In this document: piece by piece, positions 1-12,480 of the stretch
Position numbering within the stretch: the first letter of the stretch is position 1
Layout of the letters: each line of letters opens with the position of its first letter
Assembly: GCA_964016885.1 (NCBI GenBank)
Contig: OZ024757.1
Location: 24,118,001 to 24,182,000, forward strand
Source of the DNA: Eledone cirrhosa
Taxonomy: Eukaryota
Direction: 5' to 3'
DNA: 64,000 nt
Made by a program: the position numbers and the translations under genes
Notes under the pieces: generated by a model
Told to the model about the DNA's origin: nothing
Databases searched by the model: none
Seen by the model: only the letters and a program-made list of their open reading frames with translations

Positions 1-159
1 TTGGATTTGAACTTAGAGCCAAGAATAAACATCATATCAAACCTACCTCTTTATTTGTGTAATTCCCTATTTCAGAAATTCTTAATTACTTCATCAGCTG
101 ATGCTTACTTACTACAGGTTGCTAAGGTAGAAGATGTATATATTTTCCTATAGATATTG

Positions 160-897
160 TGATCTCCGTCTTGCACTCGATAGATTTGATGCCGAATGCT
201 GCACGCCTGGAATGACTGTCAGTGCCTCAAAAAAAAAATGAGGCATTCGTCCTTACAAGAAAGCCTGCGCAGTGCACTCTACATATGAATGGAGTTCCAC
301 TGAAGCGGGTAGAGAAGTTCAAGCTACTTGGGGCTGTTTTCAGGAGTAATGGAAGGCAGGCGGCAGAATTAAGCGCAAGAATTGCTGGAGTTAGTGTAGT
401 AATGCGCCAGCTTCAGCATTCAGTAATCAGAAAATCAGAAGAAGGAAAGTAGACGTAAAAGCCAAACACGCTATCTTCAATTCGATATCCATGCCAACCC
501 TTAGCTATGGTCACGAATCTTGGGTAATGACCGAAAGATTACGATCTCGAACACAAATAGTGGCCTCGGAGTAACGTTACTCGACAGAGTGCGTAGCTCA
601 AAGATCAGAGAGTCACTCCAGGTAGAGGTGCTACTCCTCCGAACTGAGAGATCACAGCTTTGTTATGACAGACTTGTGGTTAGAATGTCTCGGGAAAGAA
701 TCGTTGAGCAGATTTTTAATGAGCAAAACCAGGAGACCCAGGGGTAGATCCCAAGCAAGATTGATGGATAACATTCATGAGCTTGGCTGGTCTCGCTTGG
801 GGATCCAGCCGGACCAGATGGGGATGGTTGCTTCTGACAAGGCCCACTGGAAGGAGTGTTTGATGACTCTACCTCCACGAAGAAGAAGAAGTACAGT
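160..897 (+). mobile_element. RTE-clade LINE, degenerate 3' fragment
   Basis: RT C-terminal motifs (VEKFKLLG, YGHESW, LLDRVRSSKIRESL); homologous to 62463-63080, 5385-5738 and 56235-56600. Confidence 0.8.
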
Positions 898-2147
898 ACA
901 GTTTTGATGGGCTAGTATTAATTGGTTATAGAACTAACACAGCGTGTTTCAGAATAAAAGCTTATATGACTTCCTATACAACACAATGGCATACATACAG
1001 GCTTACTGTGGTCATTTGAAGCTGTGATATAATGACATCCTATTAAACATAATCAGTGAAATCTGTGAAGACGCCAGGCCTAGTGGTTAGGGTGTAGGTT
1101 TCATGATCATAAAGCTATTGTTTCGATCACTGTTTTTGAGCCAGCCATTTCATATCATGTTCCTTTTCATGAGATGAGGGCTCCCTATCTTTACAACACC
1201 CCTGAAACATCGTAGGACGACAACTACACCTACATATGTGTGTATCTCTAACAAGATAGAACTGAGTCCCCGTGCATTAAAACACCTCTGAAACATCCTA
1301 TATTATGCCAGTTAAACCTGCTTACTCAGCTCTAACAACAACAATATGATAGACCTGGATTCCCTATCATTAAACTACCCAATAAACCTCCTATAATATG
1401 CCTCTTTGTAGGAGGCCAGCCAATTCTACATAGGTGCGAGTTGTAACATGTATGATAGAATTGGGGTTCCTCTCATTAAAACGCCCACATCGGTGTAAGC
1501 TGTAAATTTCATTTTGTTTTTCAAACAGCGGAAGCATTTGGTGTTCTTGAACTTCTTCACTTTATGCCAGCGACCTACCCAGGGTGATTTCGACAGTGAT
1601 GACACCGCAAATGTTAGGCCATTGCCATTTCTAAATTTACTCTGCATATATGTTTTGTTTTATTCTTTTTCTAAAACTGAAAGCTATGTACTCGATTTCT
1701 CTGGTGACTATTATTTTCAATGTCAGGTTATGTGCTCTCTGTTCATAAATAGAGACTTCTGCTGAAAGATCTGTGGTTTTCACATACATGGACATACCAT
1801 ATCCAACGTGACGCACAGTAATATTGACTAGGAAGATAGCTTCAAATGTGGCTGAAGCTCATTCAATATTTTTTCCAATTCTTGACTTAACAATCACACA
1901 TTTCTTCCATTTACTAACCAAATAATGAATTACCATCAATGTAGACATTATATAGTCGGTCGTTTAACTTGCATCAAATAGCAGATAAATGTTGCTGAAA
2001 CCAGACAGCTACGACTACCTCACAAAAGACGAAATGATTACGGCTGAAAGACCTTTGATCATAGCTTCTGTCAGTTACAGCTACGTTAGTTGACTTTCTT
2101 CTTTCATTTTCCATTTTGTTTCATTTAAATATTATTATTTGTTAAGA

Positions 2148-2582
2148 TCGGTTGATTGGCAGTATCGGTAGGGCTCCGTACAACATGCTTAGTGTCATAC
2201 ACTTACATCCCTTTACGTTCTGATTTCGAATCCCGCCGAGGTTAGCTTTGCCTTTCATCCTTAAGGGGTTGATAAAATAATATACCAGTAATGTACTGGA
2301 GTTGTTGATGTAATCAATTTTCCCCTCACCCCTTGTATCTAAATCAGGAACTATTGTTAATAGGGCGGTGGATTGACAGTATTGGTAGAGAGTCGTTAGT
2401 TTGACAGCATAAAATTACGTCCCTTTACATTCTGAGTTCAAATCCCGCCCAGGTTAGTTTTGCCTTTCATCCTTACGGGGTCGATAAATTAAAATACCGG
2501 TAATGTACTGAGGTTGATGTAATCGATTTGCCCCTCACCTCAAAATTGTTGGCCTTGTGTCTGAATCAGAAACAATTATTTG
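2148..2582 (+). mobile_element. Two adjacent tRNA-derived SINEs
   Basis: A-box-like TGGCAGTATCGGTAG, B-box GAGTTCAAATCC, shared body ctttgcctttcatcct...gtcgataaaataa..taccagt repeated throughout the window. Confidence 0.8.
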
Positions 2583-3043
2583 TTAAGTTATATTCCTAAC
2601 ACAGGCTTACGAATTGAGAACGTTAGTTATATTAGTGGATTATTTTTAAAAGATGGTAACCTGTTCTCAGTTTCACTACAGCAATTAGAGAAAGCTAGGA
2701 GAAAAACCACCTTTCGGGTGGTTTTCTGCTAGCATGTATAGTGTGTATATTGATATTATACACAGGTATATATACATGTAGATATGATACATCAAATAAA
2801 ATCGTAATTGACAATATACACAGAAATTGAATGAAGAGTGTGTTACACTGTCTTATGTAATCAGTAACGTAATCCATGATACATTAAAAAAAGACGATAT
2901 TATATATAAACAGCATTAGGAAAAAATTAGTATGTTTATTTAGGCGATCGCCAACCGGAAGTGTTGACATTTCAGAAATAAACAAAACATATTTAATCAA
3001 CAGCCACGAAATTTAGTAGATAAATTATGTAATATTCATTCAT

Positions 3044-3853
3044 TATTTATTCAAGGGCGGGATTGGCAGTATCGGTAGAGGGTCAGACACCATGCTTTCC
3101 AGCATAGTTACGTCCCTTTACGATCTGAGTTCAAATCCCGCCGAGGTTGACTTTGCCTTTCATCCTTACGGGGTCGATAAAATAAAGTACCAGTAATGCA
3201 CTGGGATAATTGCTGGCCTTGTGCCTAAAGTAGAAACAATTATTTATTCAAGGGCGGTGGATTGGCAGTATTGGTAGAGGGTCGGACGCCATGCTTTGAC
3301 GTATAGAGTTACGGCCCTTGCCATTCCGAGTTCAAATCCTGCCAAGGTTAACTTTGCCTTTCATCCTTACGGGGTCGATAAAATAAAGTACCAGTAATGC
3401 ACTGGGTAATTGCTGGCCTTGTGCCAAAAGTAGAAACAATTATTTATTCAAGGGCGGTGGATTGGCAGTATTGGTAGAGGGTCGGACGCCATGCTTTGAC
3501 GTATAGAGTTACGGCCCTTGCCATTCCGAGTTCAAATCCTGCCAAGGTTAACTTTGCCTTTCATCCTTACGGGGTCGATAAAATAAAGTACCAGTAATGC
3601 ACTGGGATAATTGCTGGCCTTGTGCCAAAAGTAGAAACAATTATTTATTCAAGGGCGGTGGATTGGCAGTATTGGTAGAGGGTCGGACGCCATGCTTTGA
3701 CGTATAGAGTTACGGCCCTTGCCATTCCGAGTTCAAATCCTGCCAAGGTTAACTTTGCCTTTCATCCTTACGGGGTCGATAAAATAAAGTACCAGTAATG
3801 CACTGGGTAATTGCTGGCCTTGTGTCTAACGTAGAAACAATTATTTATTCAAA
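3044..3853 (+). repeat. Tandem array of four ~200-bp SINE copies
   Basis: Units start at 3044, 3241, 3441 and 3642, each separated by TATTTATTCAA; copies 2-4 near-identical. Confidence 0.92.
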
Positions 3854-6800
3854 GTAATCCAACTTATTTTACTAATGGGATAAAAAATTATAAACCGTAT
3901 GCAGTCCCGCGCTCCTCCTTTTATTATAGTTTAGATTTACTGTTTGCTAGCGTTTATAGTCTGTTATTGACGGCGACGAATTGAGAGAATCGTTACAACG
4001 TCGGATAGAATGGTTTGTAATGTTCAAATTCCGATGACGTCAACATTGCGTTCCACCCTCAGCGGGTCGGTAAAAAAAAGTACCAGTCTAATACTGATGG
4101 TAATTCTCTCTTTCTCCCCCCCCCCCCAATCTCTCTCTCAGGAAGAAATCTGCACTATTCAGACCTGGAGAAGAGATGATGGTCTCCGCAAGGCTTAAAA
4201 ATGCCCTGTGAAATGAAATGCCCAGGGGTTACGCGGGACGAGCAGAAATAATATGCTGGTCTGGTATTTAACTGGTCACAGGCCCAAGCTTTGCAGCCGC
4301 TCGTGATGAGATGGAGAGAATGAAAGCCAAATACTAGGACTGGACTGCTCGCTCTCCCTCCGTGCCCATCACATTCGAGGCTTCTGTACACCTCCTTGGT
4401 CCCTTAACTACTGTTTTCCTGCAAAATATTGGGTGGAGCGCACCCCATACCCGAGTAAGGAGCCTTGTGTACTGGAGTTAACTGGATGATTTCCTCGGGA
4501 ATAGTTTCGCCATTTTGTCCGAGTGGAACAGCTGAGATTTCCGGTGTAGAGTTTGCCGCTGTCCACTTGTTTCCCCTTAATTTCGCTATTCCTTTTTTCT
4601 TTCTTTTTCTTTTTTTATTACAAACATTATATAACCAAATTGACATTTGTTAAATAAATAAATGTTTGTTGTTAACTAAATTATCATGGCTGATAGAACG
4701 TGGGATTGAAAATCTTGCAGAGTTCGTTCTTGGTTTTCTGTGGTCTGAAGTTAAATCCTCTGAGGTGAGATTTTCTTTTATTTATCGCCTTCGATGTCAA
4801 TAAAAACAGTACCAACCCAGTGTGATAGAGTTCATATTCGGTTGAGATAAGCTTTGGCGTTCATTCTTCCACGTATCGATAATCGGCAATTTTTTGAGAG
4901 CGTCGGACGGGACGCCCTGTGTTAAATATTCCTGCTCTTTGCGTTCTGAATTCAAATTCTGTTCGGGTGCTGGTGGTCAGGGTTATTCACCGGACCATGG
5001 GTACACCTACTCCAACTGATACTTGGCCAGTGAGGAAAGGTAGACCTAAAACCAGCATTGTTGCTCAACTTTCATCAGACAATGGATCAAAATCGACCCG
5101 ATAGAAAATTATTGAGCCAAACTTATTTAAAACAAATACAAAACTTCTAGGGCATTTTAAACCTGGAGGTCTCCACCCTTTCTCAACATCTTAAAATAGT
5201 CAGTTTCTTACAGAAATGGTGACAGAAAGAGTGATAGGGAGGAGGTAAAAAGAAGATAGAGAGGAAGACCCTAGCAGTGAACTCGAGAGGCAGAAAGAAT
5301 ACTACAAAAGATTCTACCTGACCTAATTCACCGCCTCCATTAGATAAGGATTGTGTGATTATAATTACATATCCGAGTAATATCTTGGGTAATGACCGAA
5401 GGAATACGATCGTTAATACAACCAGCAGAAATGGGGTTCCTCCGAATGGTCCTGAAAATAATATTACTTGATAGAGGGCGAAACTCGGAGATCAGGGAGT
5501 TGTTCCAGGTAGAGCCACTACTTCTCCTATATGAGAGATCACAGCTCCGATACTACGGGCCTGTGGTTAGAATGTCTAAGGGAATAATTGCTGGGCAGAT
5601 TTTACAGGCAAAACCATACAACAGGAAACACAGGAGTAGACCATGAGCTCTGTTAATCTCACTTGGGAATTCAGTCAGATCAGTTGGAGACGGTTGCTTT
5701 TGACAGGACCCGCTGGAAGGTGCGTCTAGGGACTTTGCGAGGTCAACTTTGCATTTCATCCTTTCGAGGTCGATTAAAAAAGTACCAGTCTAGTACTGGA
5801 GTTGACTATCTTTTCAACTTCCACTCTCTCACTATCCCCCCCTCTCTCTCTCTCTTTCCTTCGCTGGAAAAAATCAGTTGTGTTTAGCCTTGGGGATGGG
5901 ATGGGCGCCGCCAAGTTTTAAATACCAAAGAAACGCCGTGTGACACTACAGCTTTTTCAGGAATCACGGATCCATGCATACATCATATATATTGTGCTAC
6001 TGAATTCAACAAACCACCCGAACAAAAGAAATAGAGCGAAGAATATTTGGAAGAAAATTCTTGTGAATATATTTGCAGTGATAGAAAATAGATTGGCACT
6101 GGTTTTGAATAATATTCTAAAACCTCTAAACACAGTTTAATTCCTTCCTTTATATCATACTTGCAGATAGACAAATCATAAGCCATGATAACAACCAAAG
6201 TAATCTAATTTAATAACGAAATTACTTTCAATTAACTTGTTCTGAAAATTCAAACTAGAGTGACCCACAACTACGTTACACCATGAAAATATCAATATTT
6301 AAAATTTACAAACTACCATTGTGCATATCAGACTTAAATGCAGCATTTGTAATGATATTGAAATAACTTTTATCTAGAAAGAAGTTACTAATTCTAATGG
6401 ATTCCTATAATATGCCTATCTGATATGTATATTCCCTTTCAAAGAGATGGTTATCCACAAGAACAAACTCCATGACTTTTACTGGCTCTTTCAGTACATC
6501 TCTCTCGTCATTCTGTCAGTTGAGACCATGAGACAGCAACAATAAAATAGATACAATTCATAATGTAAAGGAGACATTCGCTTATATTGATAGTAAGAAT
6601 GGACCCAGTTCGACAATGTAGACCAAGAAAATATCTTGTACTTTGTAGAACTTTCAGGAATGTTGACACCCTAGGACGTTAAGAACTAGATGCTTAACGT
6701 TTAAAGGTAGAATGTGGAAAGAGAGAACCAAACGTAAGTCAGGGTGATTTTATAAGAGAAAGAAAGGGACGAAACTCAGTTTAGGTCTTTGTGAACGACG

Positions 6801-6875
6801 ATTATGATGTGTAGAAGGCTTAATAGATAGAATAAAGAAGCTGAAAATCAAATGTAAACAACATATTTCACTTAC

Positions 6876-7321
6876 TGTTCACGCAGATCTTCAACTTCTT
6901 CTTCAAGCCCTTCATTGCGGGAGTTTGCTTCTGCAAGTTGCTTATCCTTCTCTTCTAGCAGCCTTTTCAAATCATCCAGCTGCTCATCATACGCTCTCTT
7001 AATTATCTCAACGTTAAATTCAACCTTGGATTTACTTAAGAGTTCTTTAAGATGTCTGTTCTCAGCCTCCAAGTAACGTGTTTTTTCAAGGTGATTGGCA
7101 AGCTTACAATTCAAACCTTGCATTTCATGCTTTTCTCTGTCATTGCAAGATTTTATATTGGCAACACTTTGCTGGGACGATGTGGCCGCCACCCCAGCTT
7201 GTAAACTCAATGGTGCGCTTACCATGGAATAAGAATTTGCCCCTATTGATTTCCTGCTATTTGCTGGACGAACAGACAACCTGCTTGACATTCTCCGTCG
7301 TTGACTCATGCCTGTAGACAT
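6876..7321 (-). CDS. IF paralog copy A, exon 1 (no further exons seen in window)
   Basis: Same length (446 nt) and donor as copy B exon 1; codons 42-148 encode the same residues; head diverged (MSTGMSQRRRMSSRLSVRPANSRKSIGANSYSMVSAPLSLQ). Confidence 0.9.
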
Positions 7322-7496
7322 TTTCGTAGTTGTTCTTTAAGCACTTGACGTCAAATAAAATACCAGAATGGGATGAAGTACGGTTCACTTTCTTGGAAAT
7401 GAACTGAACACTGGAGAAAAATTACCAGAGAAAGATCTTACACCTGAACAAGTTTCCCGACACTGCTAAGTGGCCAATAAGAAGGCGTTACCTTCC

Positions 7497-7505
7497 TTAT
7501 ATATA
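7497..7505 (-). promoter_or_regulatory. TATA box of IF copy A
   Basis: Identical sequence and spacing to 59029-59037. Confidence 0.65.
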
Positions 7506-8930
7506 CCAACGAAGGGTTGTAGTGAGAGGTCCAGAAAGTGAGATGGAATGATTGAGACATAGAGTGAGTGAAAGAGTCTAGAGCGGTGGAGAGAGAGAGA
7601 GTGAGAGAGAGATCAAGTATCAGAAAAAGTAAGAGTAACGTGGGAGTGGGGTATGTATTTTATACAATATAACAACAAAAATTATTCCATTCATTTTCCT
7701 CTTAAAAAGAACAAGAAAAAAAGAGACACCATTTAAAGAAAGTGGCACATCATGCTTCAGTGAACATTACGAATGAGCTCAGTATATTGTTAAGACAGCA
7801 CCCACCTACGTTCACATGTTGCTAGCTAAGGATGCCGACATGCAGATCATATTTGTTGCTTAGATTCGCCTACAAACAATTCAAAGTTTCCTTTTGTAAA
7901 AATATATATTTATTTATCTATTCATTCGTCACACCATAATTTCTCGTCGTTAAATAATCTTTTGTCAAGACAGTTTAACTTGACAAACAACGTCGCCTGG
8001 CCGTATTTTATTATAGTTACGTCTCTCAATGGTTTGAGTTCAAATCCCTCCAAGGCTCAATATTATCGTTCGTTGTTCCGTCCATGAAGAAATAATTGTT
8101 TCTACTTTTAGCACGAGGCCAGCAATTATCCCAGTGTATTACTGGTACTTTATTTTATCGACCCGTCCATGAAGAAATAATGAAATACAGCCACCAGTCG
8201 GAGTTTTCACACCATCACTGTCACTCTCTATGTGAGGTTATCTGCGTGGAGTATCTTCTGTTGAAAATATGGTAGCCAGGAAGGCGTGTTAAAGAAAACT
8301 TCCTCATAAAACTACCCTGCTTCATCCGATTGCATTATCATCATCAACATCATCATCATCATCATCATCATCAACATCATTATCATCATCATCATCACCG
8401 CCGACTCCACTAGGGGTCACGGGACTATACCATACCATTACATTCCGAACGTATAATATTCCGAACGTAAAGTTCTGAACTTAAATCCTGTGAAGGTTAA
8501 CGTAGCTTCGGGGTCAATAAAATTAGTACCATTCGGGGAAATCGGACAGCAGCCCGGTTAAGGAAGGGGTTTCACGAAGTGGGGTGACTGTTGCAGCGGG
8601 TCTCGATGGCCATTGTCCGCGGGGCGCAGTCGAAACACTGCTCTGTCTTAGGTGTAGAGTCTGTCACCCTCTCCCCCTCTCCATTTCTTTTGTCACCGAA
8701 TAATCCTTGCTCTTCCCCATTTTCCTCTCGTTTATAGCATTTATAGTCCTTTCCAGTACTACTTTCCATTTCTATATATTTGACTTAATATTAAATTCTT
8801 TATCATTTTTATGTAATTTTATCCTAGAGATATATTTGAGTATGTTGAAATAAAATGTTTGTACCACGAAAAAAAAGAAAGAAAAATAAGACATTCATTG
8901 GTTGAATTGTAAATCAAAAGTTGAATATGA

Positions 8931-9287
8931 TTCCCTACTGTTCCTTAGAACCCTACTGTTCCCTAGAACCCTAGTGTTCCTTAGGACCCTAGTGTTTCCT
9001 AGAACCCTACTGTTCCCTAGACCCCTAGTGTTCCCTAGACCTCTAGTGTTCCCTAGAACCCTACTGTTCCCCAGAACCCTAGTGTTCCTTAGAACCCTAC
9101 TGTTCCCTAAACCCCTACTGTTCCCTAGAACCCTAGTGTTCCTTAGAACCCTACTGTTCCCTAGAACCCTACTCTTCCCTAGAACCCTACTCTTCCCTAG
9201 AACACTAGTGTTCCCTAGAACCCCACTGTTCCCTAGAACCCTACTGTTCCCTAGAACACTCGTGTTCCGTAGAACCCTACTGTTCCG
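8931..9287. repeat. 18-bp minisatellite, ~20 units (TTCCCTAGAACCCTACTG)
   Basis: Directly visible; produces the RTLLFP/VLGNSR pseudo-ORFs. Confidence 0.95.
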
Positions 9288-10634
9288 CAACAGGTCGTTA
9301 ATGGTTTCGTGAGAAACATAATTTCTCGTCGTTAAATAATCTTTTGTCAAAATATTAGGAAAAAACATTGAATCAATGTGAAATGATTTAGACGTTTATT
9401 AATAACTCTGTGTGTGAAACTATTGTCTCAGATTAAAAATTCTTGTAATGCTTTTATTATTTATACTATTATTAATATTAGATTAAGGGTTTCTACTTTA
9501 ACATTGAAAGTGTTAACGTATTGACCTTTAGATTGTTTAAATACATTTAATTCTGGTTTCCGTATTTTCTAAATCTTATATCTTATATATTTGATACCTT
9601 TAATGTATTCAGACTTGTAAACCGTTTAATTACTTTGAATGGTTGTTTACGATTCACGAGGATATGATTATACATTTATAGTATAAAAGTCTCCTTAGAT
9701 CCAAGTTAATAATTTTTTTTTGTATACTTAAATTGATGTAAAATTTTAAATACAGTAAAATCTAGTTGAATTAAATTTATAACACTCTTAACAGAAATTA
9801 TACTACATATAAGTGACTAATATCGTCTTAAACCTTAAAATTTATAGTCTATATATAAATTATATAAATGTGTATATCCAGATAAATCTGGTTTAATAAT
9901 ATCTTATTAGATACATTTATAATGCTTTATGACTTATTAATAACATTTTATTTTAAGGTTTTTTTGACGGTATTGATTGTATTCTTGATTTTAATATACT
10001 TTTAAATATACTTGTGAATACCTTTCGAGTTATGATAGACATAAATTTATCTCTTTCACGTTACATTTGCTTGAACTCAGATATAATACAATAATATAAA
10101 TCCTTTAAAATTTTATAGTCTAAAATCTTATGTCATTTGATTAATTGACTATTTTCAATTAACTTAAAATTTGAAAATAAACGGTCACGCATTATTCTTT
10201 CCCCCTATCTAATTATACGCTATTTACATCTTACAATGCATATCTTACGCCCTTTGATTATACGATTTAACTTATTTTCCTCTCTCTATCATTTGATCAT
10301 TTCTCCCTTCTCTTGTTCCTACGATCAAATCTCCTTCTTTTTTTCTCTCTTTCCTCATGATTTGTTATCTCGATCTATCACTTCCACTATCAACAATAAT
10401 GAGGTATGAATATAATATTATTATTTAAATTTTTAACAGTTATATAAGTTTATGTATTATATATTATTAATTATTTATATATCTTTTTACACATTCTCAT
10501 ACGCACCCTCTGTATTATATGTAATTTTTCATGTTTCAACTTAAGGTATATAAATATCGAGTTTTGTCATAACTAATCACTGCCATGACTAAATTATAAC
10601 CATCAACATAGTCAAGGTATGTCAGACATCAACT

Positions 10635-10700
10635 TATTTTATCTGATGAGGACGTACTGTTGAAATAGCTCAGTACCTCTGAAATATGTATAATAAAATA
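10635..10700 (+). ncRNA. Type I hammerhead ribozyme motif
   Basis: tattttat CTGATGA ggacgtactg[loop]cagtacctct GAAA tatgtat A ataaaata: stem I 8 bp, stem II 9/10 bp, minimal stem III. Confidence 0.75.
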
Positions 10701-10742
10701 TATTTGATCACATGAATGTCTATATTTATTAATATTTTGAAG

Positions 10743-10805
<63 letters not shown>

Positions 10806-11911
10806 CATTATCGGAGAAAGCTTTTTTGCGATACTCCGGCCAAATTCCAACTCACTCAACAAACATTAGGAAATAAGTGAGTATATTCCTAATTAAACGT
10901 TCGGGGTGCGAACTAAATGTATTGTGTGGAAAATTGGCTGTATTATTTCATATGAGACATATCGAATATATCTCTTCCCAGACGGACGTCTCGTTTCATT
11001 ATAAGTTTCCTACAATTTGAGTGAAATTATACCATTTTATGTAGGAGCTTGTATAAAATCAACAGATATATATTCAAGTGGGCTCTTATAATTCATTAGT
11101 GGGTATATAAATGTCATGGTTTTGTTTTGATGTCTATGTTGCATTGACTATATAAGGGTTCCCTGAGATGAAAAATATTGTCATTCTTAGATAATAGAAT
11201 GTCAAGATGCTTCTTGAAATATCTACACCGACATATTAAAGAGCAAGCGAAGGTGGTAGAGCGTTCGTCAACATGCTTTGTGCCATATAGTTACGGCCGT
11301 TTAGGTTCTGATTTCATATCCCCCCGAGATTACTTTTCGTCATTATGGGTTCGATAAAATAAAGTACCAGTAACGCACTGAGGTTGACTCAATCGACCCC
11401 CTCCCCCACAAAAAAAATTGTTGACCTTATGCCTAAATCAGAAATCATATTAAAGAGCTAGCGGCCCTTAAAGCACAAGCTATTGCAGTATCTAGGTAGT
11501 GACTTTCTGTTTGGGGGTTGGCCCTGTTCTTATTACCAAAGTTTTGTGCTACCAGGATTTTCCATATATATGTGTGTGTAGTGTGTATATCTGTATGTGT
11601 GCGTGCATATATATATAAAATTATAAGTGGGAAGAGCGAATAAATAGGAATTTACATAATTTTAGTTCAATGTCCTGACAGAAGTTTCGCCGATTTATGT
11701 GCAGCTTTGTTGGAGCTACAGCTGTGAAGCTACAGGCTTTTCAAGACACCCCTCAGACTACTGAAAATTTCCTCGAACTGATAGGTGCCGATGATATTTT
11801 CGAAAGGGAAAAGTGGTAACCCAGAAGGGTGGAAAAGGGTAGGCTATTGGCAAGTATCAGAGTTGCTAGAAGAAGTAGTCTATTTCAGAATAATCTTTTA
11901 CTCAACCGTAA

Positions 11912-12011
<100 letters not shown>

Positions 12012-12212
12012 CGGGGGAGTTGTGGTAAGGAACCAGATGGACCATAACGCACCAGAGTACTCAATACTTAGGGTAGTAGAGTGGGTAATAGGAGAAAGTA
12101 TGACCCCGACGGCAGAGCTCAAGCCGTTTCGACCGTCATACTTTCTCCTATATATGTAGACTGAACACTTTCTTGTTGACAAGTGTTTTTAGGCCTCATA
12201 TCATGTTACCTT

Positions 12213-12280
12213 ATTTTATCTGATGAGAACACAATTTTTGTCCCAAGATGATGTTGTTTTCGAAATGCGCATAATAAAAT
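12213..12280 (+). ncRNA. Type I hammerhead ribozyme motif in a PLE terminal fragment (12165-12404)
   Basis: attttat CTGATGA gaac...ttttc GAAA tgcgcat A ataaaat; palindromic stem III ATGCGCAT; flanks homologous to 44880-45122. Confidence 0.78.
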
Positions 12281-12402
12281 TTATGGAACCTTTTTAACCA
12301 TCTTTTAATTTCTTCTTTAATATATATTCCAGTTCTACCAACCGTTGAGTGCTACTTATCTGATATATGCATAGTTTTATTGTTCTACAATATTACTCAC
12401 CT

Positions 12403-12480
<78 letters not shown>

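Larger units (their letters stand above)
4241..8330. repeat. Duplicated block (promoter, exon 1, part of intron 1), paralogous to 55091-59930
   Basis: Long stretches identical by eye; both begin agcagaaataatatgctggt; copy A lacks ~650 bp present at 56589-57237. Confidence 0.95.

Noticed and set aside
55-105. Minus-strand CTGATGA...GAAA hammerhead candidate
   Set aside because: No stem I pairing and no credible stem III.
4155-5104. Short ORFs conserved between 4.2-5.1 kb and 55.0-56.0 kb
   Set aside because: Conserved only because the intron block is duplicated; no recognisable domains.
8895-9368. 157/136-aa repeat proteins
   Set aside because: An 18-bp minisatellite open on both strands, with no splice or homology support.
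9380-10630. Possible highly decayed PLE body upstream of the 10635 hammerhead
   Set aside because: Only faint motif traces (LDV, RGY) in very AT-rich DNA; cannot be supported without a profile search.
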